Counted from the first letter of the stretch, positions 38,212 to 48,510 are shown. The stretch is DNA of 64,000 bases from Planctomycetota bacterium (GCA_020638905.1 JACKHP010000010.1:37449-101448), one strand, 5' to 3'. Translations and numbers: made by a program. The notes: a model not told the origin generated them from the letters alone.

Positions 38212-39105
38212 TCAGCCCGCGCGGCCGGGCCCGTCCTCGCCGCACCACTCCCGCACCGCGCGTCCCAGGCGGACGGCGACGTCCTCGGGCAGCAGCGCCT
38301 CGGGGCCCAGCTCGTCGGCCGCCAGGTCGCCCGCGCGGGCGTGCAGGTGCACCGCCAGGGCGGCCGCGCCGGCCGCGTCGGGCAGCCGGGCCAAGAGCGC
38401 GCCCAGGCAGCCGGAGAGGACGTCCCCCATCCCCGCCCGGGCCATGCCCGGGTTGCCGGACGACTCGATGCGCACGCGCTCGCCGTCCGTGGTCACGGTG
38501 CGGTGGCCCTTGAGCACGACCACCGCGCCGGTGTGCGAGGCCAGGGCGCGCGCCCGTGCGACGCGCTCGTCGTCGCCCCGTGGCGCGGGACTCCGGTCGA
38601 GGCGTGCCAGCTCGCCCGGGTGCGGCGTGAGCACCGTCGGCGCCGGACGTCGGCGCAAACGCTCGACGCCGGACAGCGCGAGCAGGTTGAGACCGTCTGC
38701 GTCGAGCAGCAGCGGACGCGCCGCTCCGTCGAGGAGTCCCTCGACGAACGCGCCGGTGGCAGGGTGTCCGCCGAGTCCAGGACCCAGCACCACGGTGTCG
38801 GAGCCCAGGGCCAGCTCGAGCGCGCCGGGCAGGGCGCGCGCGTCGAAGCCGCCCTGCTCGCCGTCGGGCGCGCGGTGCAGCACGCACGACGGGACGGCCG
38901 GCAGCACGAGCGGCGCGATGCCCTCGGGCACGAGCAGGTGCACGTAGCCCGCGCCCATGCGCAGCGCGCCCAGGGCCGCCAGGATCGCCGCCCCGGGATA
39001 GCGTCCGCAGCCGGCCGCCACGAGCACGCTCCCGTAGTCGCCCTTGTGCGTGTCGGCGAGGCGTTCGGGCAGGGCGGGCAACGGCAGATCGGGCGCGTCG
39101 ACCAT
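38212..39105 (-). CDS. nnrD: ADP-dependent NAD(P)H-hydrate dehydratase (YjeF C-terminal/Nnr2 domain)
   Basis: KGDYGSVLVAAGCGRYPGAAILAALGALRMGAGYV, GPGLG and GMGDVLSG motifs of carbohydrate-kinase-like NnrD. Confidence 0.8.
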   Translation of the reverse strand: MVDAPDLPLPALPERLADTHKGDYGSVLVAAGCGRYPGAAILAALGALRMGAGYVHLLVPEGIAPLVLPAVPSCVLHRAPDGEQGGFDARALPGALELALGSDTVVLGPGLGGHPATGAFVEGLLDGAARPLLLDADGLNLLALSGVERLRRRPAPTVLTPHPGELARLDRSPAPRGDDERVARARALASHTGAVVVLKGHRTVTTDGERVRIESSGNPGMARAGMGDVLSGCLGALLARLPDAAGAAALAVHLHARAGDLAADELGPEALLPEDVAVRLGRAVREWCGEDGPGRAG

Positions 39106-39188
39106 CGGGTGCTCCTGCGCGGACGGGGCGTCCTGCGCCTCGGCCCGATGGTAGCCGCGGGCCCCGGCGGGGTCGCTATACTCGGCCC

Positions 39189-39617
39189 ATGGCCATGAGA
39201 GAGGTGGAGCTCGCGCGGATCATCCGCAACGACGAGACGCCGGAGTGCCACCTCTACCTCCGCGAACTCGACGGCGGCCGCATCTTCCCCATCATCATCC
39301 ACCAGAACGAGATGGCGGAGATCCACCGCAAGGTGACGGGCCTCGTGATGCGGCGTCCGATGACGCACGATCTGTTCGCCTCGCTCATGCAGGCGGCGGG
39401 GCTGCGGCTCACGGCGGTCGAGATCACCGAGCTCAAGTCCGAGGTGTTCTACGCGCGCATGCTGCTCGAAGGCGACGCGGGACAGAGCTTCTCGCTCGAT
39501 GCGCGCCCGTCCGACGCGGTGGCCATCGCCACCGGGGTGCGCGCGCCGCTGTTCGCCAGCGAGAAGATCCTCGACGAGATCGGTGTGGTCGAAGGCGCGG
39601 AGGACGACACGGCCTGA
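39189..39617 (+). CDS. bifunctional nuclease (BFN/DUF151) family protein
   Basis: Characteristic ...PIIIHQNEMAEIHRKVTGLVMRRPMTHDLFASLMQAAGLRLTAVEITELKSEVFYARMLLEG... Confidence 0.8.
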   Translation: MAMREVELARIIRNDETPECHLYLRELDGGRIFPIIIHQNEMAEIHRKVTGLVMRRPMTHDLFASLMQAAGLRLTAVEITELKSEVFYARMLLEGDAGQSFSLDARPSDAVAIATGVRAPLFASEKILDEIGVVEGAEDDTA

Positions 39618-39638
39618 CGAGCGGCGCCGGCTTCGCGT

Positions 39639-39727
39639 GGAGGGGTGGCAGAGTGGTCGATTGCGACGGTCTTGAAAACCGTTGGCCTCCCAAGGGCTCG
39701 TGGGTTCGAATCCCACCCCCTCCGCCA
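39639..39727 (+). tRNA. tRNA-Ser (anticodon UGA)
   Basis: Hand-folded cloverleaf: acceptor GGAGGGG/CCCCTCC, anticodon stem ACGGT/ACCGT with loop cuTGAaa, long variable arm, T-loop GTTCGAATC, 3' CCA encoded. Confidence 0.85.
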
Positions 39728-39850
39728 TCTCGCTCGCGTGCGGGGCTTCGGTCACGCATGATGCGCACCGCGCGGCGCTCCCCGGCACCGACGCGTCGGC
39801 GCCCGGTCGTTGACAAGGGACCGCATGGACAGGTTGAATCCGGGCCCGCC

Positions 39851-39944
39851 GGACAGGTGGCAGAGTGGTCGAATGCGGCAGATTGCTAATCTGTTGACGG
39901 GGGTTTCTCCCCGTCCGCGGGTTCGAATCCCGCCCTGTCCGCCA
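39851..39944 (+). tRNA. tRNA-Ser (anticodon GCU)
   Basis: Acceptor GGACAGG/CCTGTCC, anticodon loop ttGCTaa, long variable arm, T-loop GTTCGAATC, CCA encoded. Confidence 0.85.
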
Positions 39945-39959
39945 GCCCTTCTCTTCGCC

Positions 39960-40400
39960 GTGACGCTGCTCCTCGCGACCACTCCGGGTTGCGTCACGCG
40001 AACGCTCTTCGTGCGCAGCGACCCGCCCGGGGCGCGGGTCCTGCTCGACGGCAAGGCCGTCGGCACGACGCCGTACACCGAGGTCTTCCAGTCGTACGGC
40101 GTGCGGCGGCTCGAGCTGCGGCTCGAGGGACACCGACGGCTGGTGGCCGAACTCGACATCGTGCGTCCGTGGTGGCAGTACCTGCCCTTCGCGCTGATCA
40201 CCGACGTGCTCTGGCCGTTCCCGATCCACGACGAGCGCACCTTCGAGTTCGCGCTCGAGCCGCTCGACCCGGATGCCGCGACCTTCGGGGACGCGCAGGC
40301 GGCCTACGAGCGCATGCTGCGCCACAAGGAGCGCGTCACGGGACGGGGCGAGCCCGCGGACGCCGCGCGCGACGCGCCCGACGACGGAACCCGCCCGTGA
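39960..40400 (+). CDS. PEGA domain-containing lipoprotein
   Basis: GTG start just after tRNA; LLLATTPGC lipobox-like; PEGA signature SDPPGARVLLDGKAVGTTPY; upstream part of track ORF 39810.. would overlap the tRNA and is rejected. Confidence 0.55.
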   Translation: MTLLLATTPGCVTRTLFVRSDPPGARVLLDGKAVGTTPYTEVFQSYGVRRLELRLEGHRRLVAELDIVRPWWQYLPFALITDVLWPFPIHDERTFEFALEPLDPDAATFGDAQAAYERMLRHKERVTGRGEPADAARDAPDDGTRP

Positions 40401-41788
40401 GCGCACCGTCCCTCGCGGGGGCGCGCGCGCTGGTGCTGGGCCTGGGACGCTTCGGCGGCGGCCTCGGAGCGGCGCGCTGGCTGCTGTCCCAGGGGGCGCG
40501 GGTGACCGTCACCGACCGGCTGCCGCGGGAGGCGTTGGTGGTCCCGGCGACCGAGCTCGAACGCGCCGGCGCGCGACTCGTCCTCGGGGGACACGAGGGC
40601 GTCGACCTGGCGTCGACCGACCTGCTCGTGGTGAACCCGGCCGTCCCGCTCTCGGCGCCCCTCGTGCGGGCGGCGCGCGCGGCCGGCGTGCCGGTCACGA
40701 GCGAGATCGCGCTGCTGCTCGAGCGCTGGCCCGGGCCCGTGCTGGGCGTGACCGGCAGCAACGGCAAGTCGACCACCGTCTGCCTGGCGAAGGCCCTGCT
40801 CTCGGCCGCGGGCGTCGAGGCCTGGGAAGGCGGCAACCTGGGAGGATCGCTCCTGCCGCGCCTGGCGACCGCCGGTCCGCGCACCGCGGCGGTGCTCGAG
40901 CTGTCGTCGTTCATGCTCGAGCTGCTGCCCGAACTCGGGCTCGGTCCCGACGTGGCGATCGTGCTCAACGTGACGCCCAACCACCTCGACCGCCACGGCA
41001 CGATGGACGCCTACACGGCCGCCAAGGCCGGCATCCTGGTGCGGGCGCGCGCGGCCGTGCTGAACGCCGACGACCCGCGCACCTCGATCATGGGCCTGGG
41101 ACGTCCCCTGCGCGCGCTGCGCTTCGGCGTCGCCGGACGCGACCGCGACCTGGGTGTCGATCCGGCGGGACACCTGGTCGACGCGTCCGGGCGGCGAGTC
41201 GTGGCCTCGTCCGAGGTGCCCCTCCCCGGGCGCATGAACCGGGTCGACCTGGCCGCGGCGATCCTGGCCGCGGGCGAGCTGCTCGACGATCGCGAGCGGG
41301 TGCTGGCGGCGGTCCCGGCGGCGCTGTCCGGATTCCGTCCCCCGGCGCACCGGCTGCAGCTCGTGGACGAGCGCCTGGGTGTGCGCTGGATCGACGATTC
41401 GGTCTCGACCACGCCCGAGTCGACCGCGGCCTCGCTCGAGGCCATCGGCGGTCCGTGCCTGCTCGTGGCGGGCGGCCACGACAAGGGACTCGACCCCCGT
41501 CCGCTGCTCGACGCCGCGCGCGGGCGGGCCCGGATCGTGCTCACCGTGGGCGAACAGGGGGGTCCGCTGGCGATGGCCCTCAACCGCGAGGGCATCCCTG
41601 CCGAACAAGTGCATACGGTGGAGGCGGCCGTGCTCCGCGCCGCGAGGCTCGCTCGCGTGGGCGACACGGTGCTGCTCTCTCCGGGGTACTCGTCCCATGA
41701 CCAGTTCGCCAACTACGAGGCACGCGCCGAGGCCTTCGCACGGGCGGTGGCCCGTCTGGCCCTGTCGCCCCCGGCCGAGGAGTGCTAG
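40397..41788 (+). CDS. murD: UDP-N-acetylmuramoylalanine--D-glutamate ligase (MurD-like Mur ligase)
   Basis: GTGA overlap with previous gene; Rossmann N-domain LVLGLGRFGG, P-loop GVTGSNGKSTT, central and C-terminal Mur ligase domains (FRPPAHRLQLV). Confidence 0.78.
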   Translation: MSAPSLAGARALVLGLGRFGGGLGAARWLLSQGARVTVTDRLPREALVVPATELERAGARLVLGGHEGVDLASTDLLVVNPAVPLSAPLVRAARAAGVPVTSEIALLLERWPGPVLGVTGSNGKSTTVCLAKALLSAAGVEAWEGGNLGGSLLPRLATAGPRTAAVLELSSFMLELLPELGLGPDVAIVLNVTPNHLDRHGTMDAYTAAKAGILVRARAAVLNADDPRTSIMGLGRPLRALRFGVAGRDRDLGVDPAGHLVDASGRRVVASSEVPLPGRMNRVDLAAAILAAGELLDDRERVLAAVPAALSGFRPPAHRLQLVDERLGVRWIDDSVSTTPESTAASLEAIGGPCLLVAGGHDKGLDPRPLLDAARGRARIVLTVGEQGGPLAMALNREGIPAEQVHTVEAAVLRAARLARVGDTVLLSPGYSSHDQFANYEARAEAFARAVARLALSPPAEEC

Positions 41789-41820
41789 AACGGGCTCGAA
41801 GGGACCGAGGAGCCCCTGAC

Positions 41821-42378
41821 ATGTACAGTTGCGACCGCTGCGACAGTCCCGCCACCGTCCACATGACGGACATCAAGCAGGGCGAGAAGACCGAGCGCCA
41901 CTTCTGCGAGGAGTGCGCGCGCGCCATGCAGGTGCCCCAGCCCAGCAAAGAACTGGCCAAGCTGCTGAAGAGCTTCGAACCGATCCACTCGATGGCGCGG
42001 CGCAAGCTGGCCCAGACGAACCTGGCCTGCCCCGAGTGCGGCATGACCTACGCCGAGTTCCGCCAGCAGGGACGCTTCGGCTGTCCGCACGACTACAAGG
42101 CGTTCGGCGACGAGGTGGTCAAGCTGCTGCAGCGCATCCACGGGTCGACCGAGTACTCGGGTCCGGCGCCCGACGGGCGCACGATCGAGGGCGGCAAGCT
42201 GGTCGACGAGGTGACGCTCATCCGGGCGCGCCTCGAGCAGGCCGTGGCCGAAGAAGACTACGAGCAGGCGGCGCGCCTGCGCGACGAGATCCGCCAGCAG
42301 TTGCGTGCCCGGGGGCGTCCGTCGGGCGACCGTCCGACCGGCGGGCCCGCCGGCGACCAGGGCTCGGTCGAGACCTGA
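41821..42378 (+). CDS. mcsA: McsA-like protein (zinc-finger pairs plus UVR domain), activator of protein-arginine kinase
   Basis: CDRCDS...CEEC and CPEC...CPHD cysteine pairs; UVR motif LIRARLEQAVAEEDYEQAARLRDEIR; directly precedes mcsB-clpC. Confidence 0.75.
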   Translation: MYSCDRCDSPATVHMTDIKQGEKTERHFCEECARAMQVPQPSKELAKLLKSFEPIHSMARRKLAQTNLACPECGMTYAEFRQQGRFGCPHDYKAFGDEVVKLLQRIHGSTEYSGPAPDGRTIEGGKLVDEVTLIRARLEQAVAEEDYEQAARLRDEIRQQLRARGRPSGDRPTGGPAGDQGSVET

Positions 42379-42386
42379 GGCGACCC

Positions 42387-43499
42387 ATGGCCCCAGGCGA
42401 CCAATCGTCCCTCTTCCCCATGGACCCCGGACCGGGGGCCTTCGACCTGCCCGCGCTGTGGCTCGAGCGCACGGGTCCCGAGCGCGACGTGGTCGTCTCG
42501 TCCCGCATGCGCCTGGCGCGCAACGTCGACGGCTTCCACTTCAAGCCCAAGCTCGACCCGGGCGAGGGACAGCGCCTCGAGACGTACCTGCACACCGTGC
42601 TGGGCGAGATCGACCCGGCGCTGCGCTACCACGCGCTGCACGAGCTGCCCGAGCACCACCGCGAGGTCATGTTCGAGCGCCACCTCGTCTCGCGCGAGCA
42701 CGTCTCCGACGAGCAGCCGCGCGCGGTGGCCTTCGACCGCACCGGCACCACGAGCGTGATGGTCAACGAGGAAGACCACCTGCGCATCCAGGTCTTCTCG
42801 CCCGGCCTCGACCTCGACGAGCTCCAGGGACGGGTGCGCGAGCTCGACGCACGCATCGCGAGTCGCGTGGCCTACTGCTTCGACGAGCGCTTCGGATACA
42901 TCACGGCGTGCCCCACGAACACGGGCACCGGCCTGCGCGTGTCGGTCATGCTGCACCTGCCGGCGCTGGCGTTCCGTCCCGAGGTGCGCGGTGCGCGCGG
43001 GGGAGAGCGCGACATCGTGCGCATGCACAACGCGGCTCAGCAGCTCGGCCTGACCGTGCGCGGCCTGTTCGGCGAGAGCAGCCGGGCCGAGGGCGACTTC
43101 TTCCAGATCAGCAACCAGGTGACCCTCGGGCGCACCGCCGAACAGACCGTCCACGACGTGCACGAGCTCGTGCAGCTCGTGCTCGACTGGGAGCGGCGCA
43201 GCCGCGAGACGCACCTGAAGACGAACCGACACCGCCTCGAAGACCACGTCTGGCGTGCCTGGGCCCTGCTGGGCCACGCGCGGCGCATGTCCTCGGGCGA
43301 GGCCCTGGCACACCTCTCGGCCCTGCGGCTGGGCGTGTGCCTGGGCATCATCGACCGGGTCGACGTGGGCACCCTGCAGGGGCTCATGGTCACGATGCGA
43401 CCCGGTCACCTCCAGCACCTGGCCGGACGGGAGCTCACTCCCGAGGAGCGCGACGTGGTTCGCGCCGCCCGCATCCGCGACGCGCTCTCCTCGACCTGA
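42387..43499 (+). CDS. mcsB: protein-arginine kinase (ATP:guanido phosphotransferase)
   Basis: Phosphagen kinase C-terminal domain signature CPTNTGTGLRVSVMLHLP; length and synteny with mcsA/clpC. Confidence 0.85.
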   Translation: MAPGDQSSLFPMDPGPGAFDLPALWLERTGPERDVVVSSRMRLARNVDGFHFKPKLDPGEGQRLETYLHTVLGEIDPALRYHALHELPEHHREVMFERHLVSREHVSDEQPRAVAFDRTGTTSVMVNEEDHLRIQVFSPGLDLDELQGRVRELDARIASRVAYCFDERFGYITACPTNTGTGLRVSVMLHLPALAFRPEVRGARGGERDIVRMHNAAQQLGLTVRGLFGESSRAEGDFFQISNQVTLGRTAEQTVHDVHELVQLVLDWERRSRETHLKTNRHRLEDHVWRAWALLGHARRMSSGEALAHLSALRLGVCLGIIDRVDVGTLQGLMVTMRPGHLQHLAGRELTPEERDVVRAARIRDALSST

Positions 43500-43569
43500 A
43501 GCGCTCCGCGCGCTATCTCGTCCCTTTCGATCCCGACTTCACGGCTGGCAACCACCCGAGCTCACGACC

Positions 43570-46116
43570 ATGTTCGACCGCTTCACCGACCGCGCCCGGA
43601 AGGTCATGAACCTCGCCAAGAGCGAGGCTCAGCGACTCAACCACGAGTACATCGGGACGGAGCACATCCTGCTCGGCCTCGTGCAGGAGGGCAGCGGCGT
43701 GGCCGCGAACGTCCTGCGCAGCATGGGCATCGAGCTCAAGCGCATCCGCAGCGAGGTCGAGAAGCTCGTCAAGGGCAGCGCGACGATGGTGCCGATGGGC
43801 AACCTGCCGTTCACGCCGCGCGCCAAGAAGGTGCTCGAGCTCTCGCTCGAGGAGGCCAGCCAGCTCGGCCACAACTACATCGGCACCGAGCACCTGCTGC
43901 TGGGCCTGATCAAGGAGAGTGAAGGAATCGCCGCGCGCGTGCTCACGAACCTCAACGTGAAGCTCGAGGACGTGCGTGAAGAGGTGCTCGAGTTCCTCGG
44001 CGCGCCCCAGGAGGGCGGCGAGGAGGTCGAGGGCGGCGGCGAGCGCCCCGGCGAGGAGTCGTCGGAGGGCGAACCCGGCTCCACGCCGCGCGCCGGCAAG
44101 GGCAAGACCCCCGCGCTGAACGCGTTCGGGCGCGACCTCACGAAGCTCGCCCGCGAGGGCGCGCTCGACCCGGTCATCGGTCGCCGCGAGGAGATCGAGC
44201 GCGTGATCCAGATCCTGTCGCGCCGCACGAAGAACAACCCCGTGCTGCTCGGCGAGGCCGGCGTCGGCAAGACCGCCATCGTCGAGGGCCTCGCGCAGGA
44301 CATCATCAACGGCGAGGTCCCCGAGATCCTCAAGGGACGTCGGCTCGTCGTGCTCGACCTCGCGATGATGGTCGCCGGCACGAAGTACCGCGGCCAGTTC
44401 GAGGAGCGCATCAAGTCGGTCATGAACGAGGTGCGCCGCGCGAAGAACATCATCCTGTTCATCGACGAGCTGCACACGCTCGTGGGAGCCGGCGGCGCCG
44501 AGGGCGCCATCGACGCGTCGAACGTGCTCAAGCCGGCGCTCTCGCGCGGCGAGATCCAGTGCATCGGCGCGACGACGCTGACCGAGTACCGCAAGTACAT
44601 CGAGAAGGACCCGGCCCTCGAGCGGCGCTTCCAGTCGGTCATGGTCGAGCCGCCGACGCCCGACCAGACGATCGAGATCCTGAAGGGGCTGCGCGAGCGC
44701 TACGAGAAGCACCACAACGTGCAGATCACCGACGGCGCGCTCGAGCTCGCCGTCGAGCTCTCGACGCGGTACATCACGAGCCGCTTCCACCCCGACAAGG
44801 CCATCGACGTCATGGACGAGGCGGGCGCCCGCGTGCGCCTCAAGGCCATGACCGCGCCGCCCGACCTCAAGGACCTCGAGGTCGAGATCCTCAAGCTCGA
44901 CAAGGAGAAGGAGGAGTGCGTCGCGAACCAGGACTTCGAGCGCGCCGCGTACCTGCGTGACTACGCCGACAAGCTGCGCAAGAAGCGCGACCAGATCGAG
45001 AAGGAGTGGAAGTCGCAGTCGGTCGAGATCGACGGCACCGTCGACGAGGACGTGATCTCGGAGACGGTCAGCAAGATGACCGGCGTGCCGCTCACGCGCC
45101 TCGACAAGGGCGAGGCCCAGCGCCTGCTCAACATGGAGGACACGCTGCACCGCACGGTCGTCAGCCAGGACGACGCGATCGGTGCGATCAGCAAGGCCGT
45201 GCGGCGCTCGCGCTCGGGCCTCAAGGACCCGCGCCGCCCGATGGGCAGCTTCCTGTTCCTGGGACCGACGGGCGTGGGCAAGACGCACCTCGCCAAGCAG
45301 CTCGCGGCGTTCCTGTTCGGCAGCGAAGAGGCGCTGATCCAGATCGACATGTCGGAGTACATGGAGAAGCACAACGCGAGCCGGCTCGTCGGCGCGCCTC
45401 CCGGCTACGTCGGCTACGAGGAGGGCGGCCAGCTCACCGAGAAGATCCGTCGCCGTCCGTACGCGGTCGTGCTGCTCGACGAGATCGAGAAGGCGCACGC
45501 CGACATCTACAACATGCTGCTGCAGATCATGGAGGAGGGACGGCTCACCGATTCGTTCGGTCGGCAGGTCGACTTCCGAAACGTCCTGCTCATCATGACG
45601 AGCAACATCGGCGCCGAGATCATCAAGAACCAGACCGGCCTGGGCTTCGCGTCGCGCGACACCGACAAGAAGTTCTCGCGCATGCGCGACAACCTCATGA
45701 ACGAGGTCGGGCGCTTCTTCCGCCCCGAGTTCCTGAACCGCCTCGACGACGTGATCGTCTTCAAGCCGCTCGAGAAGAAGGACCTCGTCGACATCCTCGA
45801 CATCGAGCTGCGCGGCATCCGCGCGCGGCTCGCCGAGCGCAGTCTCGAGTTGCAGCTCACTCCGAAGGCGCGCGACTTCCTGATCGACAACGGCAGCAAC
45901 CTCGAGATGGGCGCGCGGCCCCTGCGTCGTGCCGTCGAGCGATTCATCGAAGACGCGCTCTCCGAAGAGCTGCTCAAGGGCGGTCTCGAGGGCGCTGACG
46001 TGGTGCAGGCCGACATCAGCGCCGAACTCGACGACCACGAGAAGCCGAAGTGCCTCGTGTTCCGGGGCGTGACTTCCGAGGAGGCGACGCCGCCCACCGA
46101 GGAGGCACGGGTCTGA
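43570..46116 (+). CDS. clpC: ATP-dependent Clp protease ATP-binding subunit ClpC
   Basis: Two Clp_N repeats, two AAA+ modules ([18 protein letters not shown]), middle coiled-coil with UVR-like motif, arginine-finger region. Confidence 0.95.
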   Translation: MFDRFTDRARKVMNLAKSEAQRLNHEYIGTEHILLGLVQEGSGVAANVLRSMGIELKRIRSEVEKLVKGSATMVPMGNLPFTPRAKKVLELSLEEASQLGHNYIGTEHLLLGLIKESEGIAARVLTNLNVKLEDVREEVLEFLGAPQEGGEEVEGGGERPGEESSEGEPGSTPRAGKGKTPALNAFGRDLTKLAREGALDPVIGRREEIERVIQILSRRTKNNPVLLGEAGVGKTAIVEGLAQDIINGEVPEILKGRRLVVLDLAMMVAGTKYRGQFEERIKSVMNEVRRAKNIILFIDELHTLVGAGGAEGAIDASNVLKPALSRGEIQCIGATTLTEYRKYIEKDPALERRFQSVMVEPPTPDQTIEILKGLRERYEKHHNVQITDGALELAVELSTRYITSRFHPDKAIDVMDEAGARVRLKAMTAPPDLKDLEVEILKLDKEKEECVANQDFERAAYLRDYADKLRKKRDQIEKEWKSQSVEIDGTVDEDVISETVSKMTGVPLTRLDKGEAQRLLNMEDTLHRTVVSQDDAIGAISKAVRRSRSGLKDPRRPMGSFLFLGPTGVGKTHLAKQLAAFLFGSEEALIQIDMSEYMEKHNASRLVGAPPGYVGYEEGGQLTEKIRRRPYAVVLLDEIEKAHADIYNMLLQIMEEGRLTDSFGRQVDFRNVLLIMTSNIGAEIIKNQTGLGFASRDTDKKFSRMRDNLMNEVGRFFRPEFLNRLDDVIVFKPLEKKDLVDILDIELRGIRARLAERSLELQLTPKARDFLIDNGSNLEMGARPLRRAVERFIEDALSEELLKGGLEGADVVQADISAELDDHEKPKCLVFRGVTSEEATPPTEEARV

Positions 46117-46166
46117 CCCGTTCGGCGCACCCGTCCGACGCGCGGGCGCGCGCGTCCGGATCGATC

Positions 46167-47204
46167 GTGCATGCACGACACGCGGCGCTGGGCCTCTTGC
46201 TCGGCGTCGCGTGCGTCGTTGCGTCGACCTCGGCGCAGGACGCTCCGCCGCCGAGCGCGGGCGATCCCGGCGTGGCGTCCGACGGGGCGACACCTCTCCC
46301 CGACCCGGCGAACTGGATCGTCGACCCCGACCGTGCGCCCAAGGTCTGGCTCTCCAAGCCGCCCATCGACCCGGACGACCTGGCCGCGCGGCCGGAGGCC
46401 TACGCGACGATGCTGGCCACCCACGGGCTGGCGCTCGACCTCGAGCGCCGGTCGGTCTCGGTGCGTGGCTCGACGATCCACGACCTGACGGACCTCGGGT
46501 ACCCGATCGAGTACCCGCTCGTGACCGAGGACGGCAAGACGCACGAGGCCGTCGTCGTGGTGCGCGCCAAGCCGTCGGTGCTCGACGCGTGCCTGCGTGC
46601 GCTCGGGCTGCGCCCGGGAGCGCCCACGGCGTTGATCGAGAAGGATCCTCTGCCCCCGGCCGAGGAGATCGAATCGGGAGCGACCTCGCCGTACTGGCTC
46701 GAGGCCGGCTACGGGCCGGTGGTCGACATCCGCGTCACCTGGACGGACGACGACGGACGTCCGCACGACGAGGCGCTCGAGTCGCTGCTCGTCGACGTGA
46801 ACGACGACCAGCCGCTCGACCCGCTGGGCTGGATCTACGTCGGCAGTCGCTACGGCCACTATCGCCAGGGACGCGAGACCGTCGACTGGTTCAAGGCCGA
46901 CGTCGAGGGCGACGTGTGCGCGATCTACCTCGAGGGCCTCGACGTGTGCCTGTTCGAGCGCAACTCCCTCGACGGCCTGAGCTACGCACCGTACACGCTC
47001 AACGGCGCGACGATCCCGCCGCGCAGCACGCCGGTGACGCTGCGCATCACGCCGCGTGACGAGTTCGTCGCACCGGCCGAGCGCGTCGACCTGGGTGAGT
47101 TCTACGAGAGGCGCGCGGCCGAGAAGGCCGCCGAGCACGGCGAGGGCGCGCCCGGTGCCGGGTCCGAGGGTGACGAGCGAGCGGATGCGGGCGCCGACGG
47201 CTGA
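46167..47204 (+). CDS. secreted hypothetical protein
   Basis: GTG start giving signal peptide HARHAALGLLLGVACVVASTSAQD; 345 aa acidic protein; no recognised domain. Confidence 0.45.
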   Translation: MHARHAALGLLLGVACVVASTSAQDAPPPSAGDPGVASDGATPLPDPANWIVDPDRAPKVWLSKPPIDPDDLAARPEAYATMLATHGLALDLERRSVSVRGSTIHDLTDLGYPIEYPLVTEDGKTHEAVVVVRAKPSVLDACLRALGLRPGAPTALIEKDPLPPAEEIESGATSPYWLEAGYGPVVDIRVTWTDDDGRPHDEALESLLVDVNDDQPLDPLGWIYVGSRYGHYRQGRETVDWFKADVEGDVCAIYLEGLDVCLFERNSLDGLSYAPYTLNGATIPPRSTPVTLRITPRDEFVAPAERVDLGEFYERRAAEKAAEHGEGAPGAGSEGDERADAGADG

Positions 47205-48510
47205 GCGCGTGCGCTCCATCGCGCTCGCGTGGGTGCTGCTGGCGACGTTCGCGGGCTGTGCGTCCCACGCGACGGATCGCGGTGCGACCCACGTCGCACC
47301 CGACGGCGACGCGGCGGCGCTGGCCACGCTCGATGCGGTGGTCGACCTCGTGGAGCGCGAGTTCGTCGATCCCGAGCGCCTCGACGACGCGTGGCGGGCC
47401 GCCGTGCAGCGCGCGCGGGACGCGTTCGCGCGCGGTCCCGTGACGCCGGACGAGGCCGCCGACCGGGTCAACGAGGCGCTCGCCACGCTGGGCCTGTCGC
47501 ACACCGTGTTCCTCACGCCGGACGACCCGGCCTTCGCCGACCTGGCCGAGGTCTACGGCGTCGCGGCGCGTCCCGGGCTGGCCGCGCAATTCCCGGACGG
47601 ACGGGCGTCGCGCGACGACGTCGGCCTCCTGGGTCAGGTCGTCGACGGCGGATTCCTGGTGCGCTTCGTCCTCGACGGATCGCCCGCCGAACGTGCGGGC
47701 CTGCACGCGGGCGACCTCGTGACGCACGCCGACGGCGCGACGGTCGGTCCCGTGTCCTCCTTCGCGGGACGAGCCGGGACACCGGTGCTGCTCGACGTCC
47801 TGCGCGGTCCGTCGCGCGAGCGCACGGTCTTCGAGGTGGTGCCCGAACACGTCGTACCCTCCGAGGCGTGCCTGCGCGCCCTGCGTGCGAGCGAGCGGGT
47901 CGAGGTGCGCGACGGCGTGCGCGTCGGCTACGTCCACGTGTGGAGCTACGCGGGGCTGTCGAACCAGCAGGCCGTGGTCGACGCGCTCGAACACGGTGCA
48001 CTGGCCGACGCCGAGGCGCTCGTGCTCGACCTGCGCGACGGCTGGGGCGGCGCCGATCCCGCGTACCTGCGCGCGTTCGGCGGACGTCCACCGCGGCTCG
48101 AGTTCACGGGACGCGACGGCGCCGTGACGAGCATCGGCGACGACGCGGACGACGCGCCCGCGCACTCCGGCGACGTGCTCGCCGGACGTCCGCTCGTGGT
48201 GCTCGTCGACGGACGCTCGCGCAGCGGCAAGGAGGTGCTCGCGTCCGGCGTCCGTAGCCAGCAGCTCGGCACGCTCGTGGGCGAACGCACCGCGGGCGCC
48301 GTGGCGGGCGGACGCGGCTTCGTCGTCCCCGGCGGGCTGCTCGTGCTCGCGGTGCTCGAGGCCCGCGTCGACGGCGAGCGTCTCGAGGGCGTGGGCGTGC
48401 CGCCGGACGTCGAGGTGGCGCGTCCGCTCGACGGCACGGGCGTCGACCCGCAGCGCGAACGCGCGCTCGCGCTGGCCGCGGCTGCGGTACACGCGCGCCG
48501 CGACGACTGA
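47185..48510 (+). CDS. S41 family peptidase (C-terminal processing protease-like, PDZ plus S41)
   Basis: Lipoprotein-like N-terminus LLATFAGC, PDZ-like GGFLVRFVLDGSPAERAGLHAGDLV, S41 core LVLDLRDGWGG...LVVLVDGRSRSGKEVLA; alternative GTG start at 47209. Confidence 0.7.
   Translation: MRAPTAERVRSIALAWVLLATFAGCASHATDRGATHVAPDGDAAALATLDAVVDLVEREFVDPERLDDAWRAAVQRARDAFARGPVTPDEAADRVNEALATLGLSHTVFLTPDDPAFADLAEVYGVAARPGLAAQFPDGRASRDDVGLLGQVVDGGFLVRFVLDGSPAERAGLHAGDLVTHADGATVGPVSSFAGRAGTPVLLDVLRGPSRERTVFEVVPEHVVPSEACLRALRASERVEVRDGVRVGYVHVWSYAGLSNQQAVVDALEHGALADAEALVLDLRDGWGGADPAYLRAFGGRPPRLEFTGRDGAVTSIGDDADDAPAHSGDVLAGRPLVVLVDGRSRSGKEVLASGVRSQQLGTLVGERTAGAVAGGRGFVVPGGLLVLAVLEARVDGERLEGVGVPPDVEVARPLDGTGVDPQRERALALAAAAVHARRDD

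Noticed and set aside
39810-39959. Upstream part of ORF 39810..40400 running through tRNA-Ser(GCU)
   Set aside because: A CDS overlapping a tRNA gene on the same strand is implausible. The PEGA protein is started at GTG 39960, just after the tRNA.
46137-46156. GACGCGCG-ggcg-CGCGCGTC palindrome right after clpC
   Set aside because: Plausible small terminator hairpin, but no U-tract and the next gene starts 10 nt later. Too weak to annotate as a feature.
43513-46293. 926-aa minus-strand ORF antisense to clpC
   Set aside because: clpC on the plus strand is unambiguous; artefact of GC-rich antisense frame.
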